Shown piece after piece: positions 54,346-64,000 of a stretch of DNA of 64,000 nt; position 1 is the stretch's first letter, and each line of letters opens with the position of its first letter. The position numbers and the translations under genes were made by a program. The notes under the pieces were generated by a model, which saw nothing but the letters and a program-made list of their open reading frames with translations, was not told the DNA's origin and did not search any database. This DNA comes from Epiperipatus broadwayi (Eukaryota; Animalia; Onychophora), in assembly GCA_028023455.1 (NCBI GenBank), contig JAQFVV010000007.1:806001-870000 (forward strand), written 5' to 3'.

Positions 54346-55673
54346 AGCTCCGCGCAACTTTGCTGTTTATTGGGTGGCTGTTGCTTTTCATCATTTCATA
54401 AAACTCAAACATGGATATTAATACTACCTACTAACAGCATCTCATTTTAATCTTCCCTGCTATTAACTTTAGACAAATTGGGTTTCTATGGTCTATTTTG
54501 GAACAACAAACAAGTCACAAAAGTTTCCTGTGCAAACATTAACTCAAATATATCCTTTTTTTTATTTGCATGCTATTTCATAATCATTTACTTGTTTTTT
54601 TTACTTTTTGGTCTGTATTTTTATGGTCTAAATGTACAATAAATTTGGTTTTTGAAAGATATCTAAATAATATCAACACCAAATTTTCTCAATAATGACC
54701 TTAGAGGCACAGAAATTTTCAAACCAGATAGTCAAGGAGCTCAATGGTTTTTAAACAAATATTGTCTGAAAGGATTAGATAACTTAAATCATTATCAGTT
54801 ACTGCTTCATGTGTATATTATAATAACTGAATTAAGAAAATGTTAAGTTATGACTTTTCAAATAATATCAGCCCCATATCCACCACTTTCACATTTAAAA
54901 ATAAACAGTCTGTTAAATAGGTTGCTTTTTGTTATCATGTTTTGAATAATTGGAAAATTGTGAATGATTATTTTACTTTTGCTATTTTTATCATTCTTTG
55001 TGTAGTTTTTGCATGTGTAATATCATTGCTTCCACATCATAAATAATGACTTTGAAATATCATGGACATAAAAAAGAGAATAGTTTTGATAGACACCAGA
55101 ATTCGCAGATGTTTTAAATAAAACAATATGCATGCATTTCCATAATTATTTAGAAAGTAAGCTGTAAATATACAAATCATCATTTGAATTAAATCTATTT
55201 ATTAAAGAAATTTAATAATTATTAATATAAGAATTAACATTAATAAGTTAAAATACAAAAATTTGCAATTATGTATTTACTTGCATTTCCATTACAAGTA
55301 TTTGCAAATGAAGAAATTTTGTCAATATTTTAGCATAGCATTTCGCAAATGATAAATGGCATCATGAAAGTGTTTGCACTATTTATTTTTAATGTAAAAT
55401 GTACTAATGTCTTTAATATGTTATTTATATCATCAAATATACATTTACTTCTTACAAACACATAGTATTGATGATATGAATCAATAACATAACATGACTG
55501 TCTCAACTTGCTTATATGTTTTCAAGAGCAGTTCTCTTCATCCTATTCTAAAACTAATTATTATAATCCTGAATAATCAATGGAAATCAGATAGCATAGT
55601 GCTATAATATTCACAGTGCTTGACTAGTTTCAGCTAAATGCATAAATGCATTAGTTTCAGCTTTATATTCTAG

Positions 55674-55715
55674 TTTTATGCTGATGAAGGCAAAATCCAG
55701 AAACTAGTCTAAAAG
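55674..55715 (+). ncRNA. Minimal hammerhead ribozyme motif (orphan PLE-type)
   Basis: ttttatg-CTGATGA-a-gg(caaaat)cc-a-GAAA-ctag-TC-taaaag; GUC cleavage triplet and palindromic stem III. Confidence 0.55.
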
Positions 55716-55986
55716 TGATTTTATAGAATCTATATTATCTGATTATTTAGATTTACAATAAATAGCAGCAAATTAGGGTGAAGAATAATATGAATCAATT
55801 ATATATTTTGAATACAATGATTATTTTACATGCTTTATTATTTAAAGAATTCAGACTAGATTATTACAAGTAATTGTTATTTCTACTATAAATAATCTTA
55901 TACAGTATGTAGTATTTAAATCTGGGATCAAAATTTCAAATTAATTTTGCATTAGTGCTGCATAATATTTCTGTAGTGTAATTTCC

Positions 55987-56121
55987 ATTACATCACTCTC
56001 TCATGAGGTAGGGACTGATTTCTATTCACATTTAAAATTTTATGGGTGAATATAATCATAAATATATAAAAACAAAGAGTAGATAGAAATTAATCCCTAC
56101 CTTGTGTGAGAGTGATGTAAT
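55987..56121. repeat. MITE-like element with ~40-bp imperfect terminal inverted repeats
   Basis: attacatcactctctcatgaggtagggactgatttctat versus the reverse complement of 56082-56121; the right arm recurs, diverged, near 56440-56565. Confidence 0.6.
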
Positions 56122-58099
56122 TAAAATCACATTACTAAATTATTATTTTATTGGATAATCTGTAGCTTAATGAATGACTAATAAAAAGTACTAATATACT
56201 TTCTTTAAGTGATTTGTGCCAAAGTTACAAGGATATCATTTTTGATACTTATCAATTAAACTGTTGTAATTCTCTGTCTATATATATACTTTACAATGAT
56301 AATGATATGTGTAAGAGATTGTGGCTGGGACAACTAATGAATGCTTGTTCCACATGAAATGTCCATCTTGGGGATCATAGATCTTTTTTACATCTTTGGT
56401 TATATGTTATGATTACAACCCTTCACAAGATGTTAAAAATAGATAGAGAGCAGTCCCTATTTTGTGTGAGAGTGGTAGAATGAAAATTACACTACAAAAA
56501 TATTATTCATTATTGGATAATTTCTAGTCTAATGACTGGCGAATAAAAATTATTAATATATTTTATCTATCTCTTAAGAAATTATCAGTAATTGCATGAA
56601 ATAACTTGGTGTTATATGTGTCCAAATTTTAAAACTCTGCTATAAAATGTTGTCAGGTAAGCTATAAAAGTGTTCAGAGGAAATAATAATTTACATTTTT
56701 TATATAAGTTGTATTAAAGATTTTGATTTTAATAATCTTATATAAGTGATGTGATTGAATAATTTTCATGATTTTTTAAAAATGTTATCTACTATTAATT
56801 TAGGTATAAAAATTGGAAAAGAATAAATATATTTATGCTGTTCTTATTATTTTATATATTTATGCAATTTTGTTATACAATTAAATATTAATCTTAGGGA
56901 ATATAGATTAAGCTGCTTAAAAATTCAATGATATTATTTATTCAGTATCTAATAGTGGTTTTATTATTTGAATTGGTCACTGATGTTACTTAGAATAGTC
57001 ATCTTTATATTAAAAATATAGATCACAATACAATTTGTATTTTACAGAGAATGGTTATAGCAATTTTAGATGGTAAATTGATTTGCTAAACAGATTGTCT
57101 AATAATAGTTTCTTCAAAACTAGATTATATTTTTCTATATTTAGAATAATGTAAATAACATATTATGTTTGGAAATAATGTAAGTTGTGCTAAATTTAAA
57201 ATAAATGTTAAATGTGAAATAAATAAATGAACTAAATTATTATAAAAACAAAAATAAAGCTAAAAGAAAATTATATATGTTTTAATTAAAGTGAAAATAT
57301 TTCAGATAAGATAAAAATTTCCCTTATAGTTAAATATTTGTAACTAAAAGAATAAATAACATTAGAGATTAATTAATCTGCTGATTAAACATTGCTTTCT
57401 ATTCCCGAAATAGAAGAGCATTAATAGTAATTACTGATCTAGAACATTTTATGACTAAAGTTTTGTTACTTGGGACTGGATTGAAAAAAAAATAAAAGTT
57501 CTACTATAAGAAGAATTGGAGTTACACATATGCTCATATTGTCAAAACTGATCAAAACCAAGGAAACTGGAAGGATCAAATACACCCAGTGATTTTCACT
57601 ACTGAAAAATAAGAGATGGACATAGGAACATTTACATGTCACACTGGTGACTGATTTTGATTTAGTAAACCTCCATGATCATATATTTTTGATTTAACCT
57701 TTACACTTTTCAACTGCTATATTGGAGTTTTGGAAACTTTGGTTTAGTACATATATTTTTGTGATAACTTCACTTTGCTTTATGCAAAGTCAAGTGATGT
57801 TTGTTATCAGAAAATTAATATACTAAGAAATAAAATAAAACTGCAAAAATATAGACATTACATATTCAAACAGTAAAAAAAAGATTTTTATGCATTTAAA
57901 AATTATTTTTATGCATTTTTATAAATACAAAATTGTAATAGATATTTTTTTAAATTATATTTTTATTAACAGGTTCATTACATTTCTTACAAAATTTCCA
58001 ATAAAATGGTATATATCAATTATCTAAGACAATCCATTGTTCCAAAACATTGAAAAATAGAGGCATTGACATCTTTTATTTTTTCTAGAAATCCCACAT

Positions 58100-58580
58100 T
58101 ATTCCTTCTTTCTAAGTATTTGAATAATCAATGAAAAGAAAGTGGTAGAGGAAAATAAAGCTAAAGTAATTTTTAGATTGAATACAACCTATATTTGCAG
58201 ATGGAGTATTATATGCAAAATATTTTAATTAGTTATGGCTTATGCAAGTAATTATAAAATTGAATATTGGCAAAACACAAAAATTATCATATAAAAATTG
58301 TGAGTCTCAAGCAGTGCATAATGGTCTTTGTACTGAAAACAGAAAAATAAATAAATAAATAAATTTCAAATAAATCACAGTCATTTTATATAAAACAAAT
58401 GGTATATTCTTTATTTTAATTGTGGTTTAATATTCTTTTCAAAAGGCAATGGTTATATACAAACAACATACAATATTTATCTGTTTTCTAAGTTTTCATT
58501 TTAATTCAATATTATTCAAATTCGCAATGTTTGAATTGACAATTGTATTTAAATAAGAACCAGCTACTGTTTAACATAAA
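58100..58580 (+). pseudogene. Possible highly decayed Penelope-like GIY-YIG remnant
   Basis: KVVEENKAKVIFRLNTT, then GVLYAK...NIGKT, with a hammerhead motif downstream at 59326. Weak. Confidence 0.3.
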
Positions 58581-59325
58581 GAAAGATGTAATACAGGAAA
58601 ATAATGAAGATTGTGATAGTTTTTTTAAAATAACAGTTCAGAATCATAGATACATTCCTTAAGGTTAGATCACTTAACTTTACACAAAATTATCCGTATT
58701 CTCTTGATACTGTGTTGGATATCTATGTACCTCATTTTCTCTTAAAACTATGCTCTTCTTTCAAACTGCAAATACAAATTCCTTAGATTTATTGTCTACA
58801 ATAGGACATTTATTATAGCCCCAAAACTTAATATCTTCTATTATGTCATCATTAATTATGAGAATTCAATAAACATTTATCACTATATTACATAATCCTT
58901 TATATATGAAACTTCTATGAATAAAAGAAATTATAAGAAGAACTCCTAATCTCACATTGAAGAAATATGCACATATAACACACATATAAAATGGCTACAG
59001 CCTATTCTACCTTTTAAACATGTCTTATGAGGAAGTTACCAATTAATTTCTGAAAGAAAATATTAAACAATTATATTAAATATTAAACACTATTATAAAA
59101 TATTATTTGTATATTTATAAATGATTCTTACAAGAACAAACAACAATAAATTTAATTTCTAGCAATCATTGCATACTACCTGTATAGCATATGTGTACAA
59201 TGCATTTAAATTAAAACAACAGAGTGTTTTAATGACAAATTATATCCAGTATATTATTATTTATGTTAATGAATTGAAAATTAAAACCTATTTATTTATA
59301 ATTTCTGGAAAATATCTATTTTTCT

Positions 59326-59371
59326 GTGCTTTCTGATGAAAACCAGTCTGCTGGTTGAAATATTAAAGCAC
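59326..59371 (+). ncRNA. Minimal type-I hammerhead ribozyme
   Basis: gtgcttt-CTGATGA-a-aaccag(tctg)ctggtt-GAAA-ta-TT-aaagcac: perfect 7-bp stem I and 6-bp stem II around the canonical core. Confidence 0.75.
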
Positions 59372-59517
59372 TTTTATAGAAAAGTAATTGTGTGTGTTTA
59401 TATAACATACATATATAAGATATATGAATTAAAAAACCACAGAAAATTTTTAATAGTAAATGACATCTAGCATTTTACTATTAATATTAATGAGATAAAA
59501 GTTTAAATCAATTTACT

Positions 59518-59556
<39 letters not shown>

Positions 59557-59594
59557 TAAATTGATTTAAACTTTTATCTATTTATATATTCATA

Positions 59595-59630
<36 letters not shown>

Positions 59631-59637
<7 letters not shown>

Positions 59638-62600
59638 CATATGAATTAAAATAAAGCAAAATTTTAATACTAAATGAAATCTAACATGTTGTTATTTAGA
59701 TTGATTGATTGATTATAATTTAGTTAGTTTATGTATATAAATTGTTAAATTTAAAATCAATCATATACAAACAAAGAAAAATGATCAAATTAATTATTAT
59801 TTAATCTTTTAGATTTTTTTTCATTTTAAATTTCAACAACTATTTGATGCATCTTTAGAATCAAAACTAGAAGAAAGTGTAAGGGGATCAACAACTAGAA
59901 TCGTAGATATGGAATTAAAGTTCAGTGAACCAAGAGACACTGGTGGATATACTGACATAAGCAATGGGAGTAACATAGTTAATCCCACTGGATTCAATCA
60001 ATTTTTAAAATTGCAAATCTTCTATGGACACCCAGGAGAGAGTCCTATGGAGCACCAGGAAATTTAGAAAGGTACTTCATATTTAATAGAATAAATGATG
60101 AAGTCAAGATAGCAGTTGTTTGCAGGCACTTACAAGGAGAATCACAAGTATTGTGGGACTCCCTGTTACACAAGTCAATGATGTTTTCAGATTATCAGAA
60201 ATCTTTGTTGGCTAGTTATTGGAGCAAGGAACTTCAAGAAAATATACTGCATTAGACATCACAGAGGAGATGGAGACCAGGGGAGTCATTCACTGCCTTC
60301 TTTCATCATCAAATAACAAGGACACCACATGCTAATGTGCAATCCATTATCTGAAAGGCAAATCATTTGGATCATTAGACATAGTTTTTTGAATAATGTT
60401 GAACAAATGGTCATAGGTACAGAGAGGAAAACAGTCAAGCAAATTGCCGAATTGCACAATGCCTTGGATAGAACCAGGAATAACCAAAGGTTTGAGGGGC
60501 ATGAATTTAAACCTCCTTCAAAGGAACAACATATAACCAAGAGTGGATGGAATGCTTATCAATGTCATTGGGAGGAAAATAGGGAAATATTTCTGGAGAA
60601 AAATCAAGGAGTGCAAGGAGTCAGACGAGAATTGATACTGAATGGAAGTGTTCAAATAAATAGACAGAAGATAGGGGGTATTAGGGTCAGAATCAGTATC
60701 CAAGCACAAGTGGATACAGACCAATTAAGGGAAAGCAACCTCCAGCTAAAGTATAGCATCAAAAAAATGATCGGACAGATTCAATGATACGATGATTAAA
60801 ATGTCATGGAATTAAGATTAATGACCATGGACTTGTACTTAAAGAAAAGGAAAGGGAAACAGAACAAAAAAGAAGAGAGACAATAAATGAACATACAGTT
60901 TAAGGGACATACAAGAAAAGGGTATATCACAAATAGAGACCAATAATAAGTGAAAGAATGTAGTGAGTGAGATAATAGATGGAAGCAGGGGTATATTGGG
61001 TCAGTCATTTCGATATGGATCATATCAGTATATAATAAACCATCTTGGGGTGTGTATGAACATGTAGGTCAGTGTCTGCCATATACAAAATGTTAGGATG
61101 CAGAGAAGATATGGATAAAGAATCCCTTCCCGTAAGAAGACTCATTGGATAAGAAATTACAGTTAAATATATGTTAGATATATGTGGAGTCACAGAAATA
61201 TAAAGAATAGATGGGTAAAGAATCCCTTTTAGTTCTGAACTCAGTGAACTTGCTGGATTAGAAAATTCCAGTTATGAATACACCTCAGTGTGATCATTAA
61301 GAATTATCATCCAGAGGTCAATAAGAGTTAATGTGTTGTGTATGAACAGGTTTAATTGGGTAACAAAGATAACCTGTGGGCTCAAACCTGTAGTTATAGT
61401 CAAGTGGTAGAAGAGGGCTCACTCATCATTTTCAGTATAAGCTGAGATTAAATTGGTTTGGTAGATCTGAGGTGATCAAGTGAGTGGGAAAGTAATTGCC
61501 TGTTTGTCACTCTATGAAACTTCTCATCATCACTTAACCTATAATTAGGGATATGTTATTATGATATCCAAACAATAATAATAATGAAGTGAAAAATGGA
61601 ATGGCTTTCAAGATTCTTCAAAGGATGGGTTTTGTGTGATGTGATGATCGCACACACTGTGATCACACATATATAAATATTTAATGTATCAAATAATATT
61701 AAATATGAGTTTTTTTTGGAAATAAAATAATACTTAAAATATTTAAAATAAAAGTAGGAGTGAAAAAGAAATCTGTTTCAAACTTCATAATATGTTCAAA
61801 TCAAAATCATTTTAATTGATTTCAGGAATGTAACTAATTAGGAATTAATTGTACTGATTAAATGAAACATAGGGGAGGGAAGGCTAATGAGATTCATATC
61901 TTTGACTTTTAAAGGTCAACATTTTGAAAAATAAATAATAAAGGTGAAGAGAATATTAAAATCATATAAGTTAATTTTATAGAAAAAAAACTTAATGGAA
62001 GATAAAATAAAAAAGAGAGTCATATAATTTAAAAGCTGACATTTAGAAAGTTTTGTTGAAGTTTGTAAGAAATTTAGCTTTATAAAAAAATAAGAATTTT
62101 CTCTCAAAACTACACATTTGAGTGAGTGAAATGTGTATAATTATACAAAGGGGGAGAAAGATACGAGATGCAAATAAGAAAATTATTTTGTGAAAAAATA
62201 TTAAAAAAGAGAAAAACTATGAAGGCTTTGTAAAAAGTAGGAAATAAAGGTGTGAAAATGAACCTATTGACCTTCCAATGAACAATAGAAAGAAATTTCA
62301 AGCAAGGAGATCAAGATAAAAAGGTATTCTGGGAAGGAGGGAGATCTATGAAGAGAGAGTAAGGAAGCAGACATTTTTTGTATGCTTGATAGCTAAAATT
62401 ATATACTATTTTGGAGCTTGCTTAGTTTGGCAAATATGACTTAATTATATTCCAATGGTGAAACTTGGAGAATGAGTGGCAAGGAGGGACATAAATGGAT
62501 GCTAGCTTGATCCATACCTGCCTTGCTCATATGGTCAAATCTCTCCCCATGAAGTAACAACCGCTATAGCCCTTGCCCAACAGTTCACATTCCCTGTTGT

Positions 62601-63632
62601 TAATATACCCTCATTGTGAAGCCACCAAGAATATGAAGGAAGAAAACTGAATGCTAAGAGTGAAAGCCATATCCCAAGAACAACCATCTCTTCTAAAGAA
62701 GTGGAATAATCCACATGATGGCCAGCTAAATATCACCCAACATCAAGAAATCCTAGGTAAACTAAACTTTGAATATATATGTCATGTGTGTACATATTTT
62801 CATTAACTTGGCCAAAAGAACTTAAAAGCAATTGCACTTGTAGATATTATAGTTAAATATTTAGTAGACTTTATCAAGTAATCTACAAAAGAAAAAGACA
62901 CTAATTCTAGATTTATTAAAATACATGGGGAAAGATTTTTATTTATTAGTGTTAATGCTTTGAATTACATATAACTTACCTTATTTATATCATTGATTTT
63001 ATTGCGTGTTTAAATCTTATATCCTATTTGTATTTATTTTATTTTATTAAATAATGTTTAATAATGAATGGCTCTTTTCATCTTATCTCACTGTCTTCAT
63101 GCCAATTAGAGTAATTTGCCAGTAGGGCTTATCTTATAATAAATTAGACATTGGTTCTAGTAATATAGCACATGTGTTAATTGTTGTATTGCAGTAATAA
63201 TTCCAGTATAATTTATAAATTTATCCAAGTGCTGTAAATTTATATTAATTACAGTGGTTGAGAGACATCTGATCGAGAAACAATCTTTGTAGCAGTACTC
63301 ATATTGTTGCGGGTTCGATCGGTTATAGATGTAAATTTGCTTATATCTATATTTTCTCTTTGTTTATGGTAAGGGAAGATAATTAATTTAGTAATTCCGT
63401 TACAGTATATATTGCATATGAATTAAAATAAAACAAAATGTTAATACTAAATAAAATTTAACATGTTGTTATTTAGACTGATTGATTACAATTGAGTTAG
63501 TTTACATATATGAATTGTTAAATTTAAAATCAATCGTATTCAAACAAAGACAAATGATCAAATTAATTACTATTTAATCTTTTAGGGTTTTGTTTTCATT
63601 TTAAAGTTCAACAACTATTTGATGCATCTTTA
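59631..63632 (+). mobile_element. Gypsy gag-only remnant in tandem arrangement (leader-gag-PPT-LTR-leader)
   Basis: Direct repeat 59631-59857 / 63408-63632; gag at 59831-60787; putative LTR 61635-63404 (TGTGATG...GTTACA) preceded by purine-rich aaaggatggg. Confidence 0.65.
59831..60787 (+). pseudogene. gag: Gypsy gag remnant
   Basis: LQIFYGHPGESPMEHQE, LERYFIFN...CRHLQGESQVLW...LASYWS; similar in motif to the gag at 6556-7025. Confidence 0.75.
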
Positions 63633-64000
63633 TTCATTCTGGTGTAGATTAAATTAATATGTAAGATAATTTTAAATGATGAATGTAATTCATAAGCCAT
63701 TTGTAGATGATTTGTCTCAGAGTATTTTTTTATCCAAATTAGGTCATAATGAATCAATTGAAAGTGACAGAGCAACTTTGAATACTTAGATAATACTTAC
63801 ATTGACTTGCTGTATATGAATAGCTATTCATTTTTCTGATTGGTTTCCACTCATGCATGCTTATTAATAATTTGCTTCTGTTCCAATGGATGTTACTTTA
63901 TTGGCTAGGATAAGATGGAGGAAACTAAATCCTAAGATCACAGCTTCCTTTTTTTATTCTGTCATATTTTAATGAAAATCCAAATAGAATATTGTGATTA

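Overview
Very AT-rich, CpG-depleted animal (probably invertebrate) genomic DNA that is mostly transposable elements; the organism cannot be identified from the sequence. One convincing host exon is present: a cyclic-nucleotide-binding domain exon, CNBD2-like, on + at 30143-30294. Mobile elements: a decayed Ty3/gypsy element with ~1.9-kb LTRs (996-11000, -); a truncated Mag-like gypsy (11009-13645, -); a near-complete Penelope-like element (RT + GIY-YIG) with a 1.15-kb inverted copy of its own 3' end (25257-28958); an RTE LINE remnant split in two; two non-autonomous long-LTR elements (34248-40020 and 40569-48375) with tRNA-Lys-like PBSs; two related solo LTRs; a near full-length L1/Tx1-type LINE (ORFs 48693-54345, +); and a gag-only tandem LTR remnant (59631-63632). 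Two observations stand out. (1) There are several minimal hammerhead-ribozyme folds, including a compensatory U3-A8 core variant in both Penelope termini. (2) A recurrent scar architecture, left flank-(TA)n-revcomp(left flank)-revcomp(right flank)-(TA)n-right flank, occurs at breakpoints. One case is absent from the sister LTR, so it appears to have arisen de novo, which suggests (TA)n tracts born by fold-back break repair. All alignments and folds were done by eye; boundaries are approximate unless stated.
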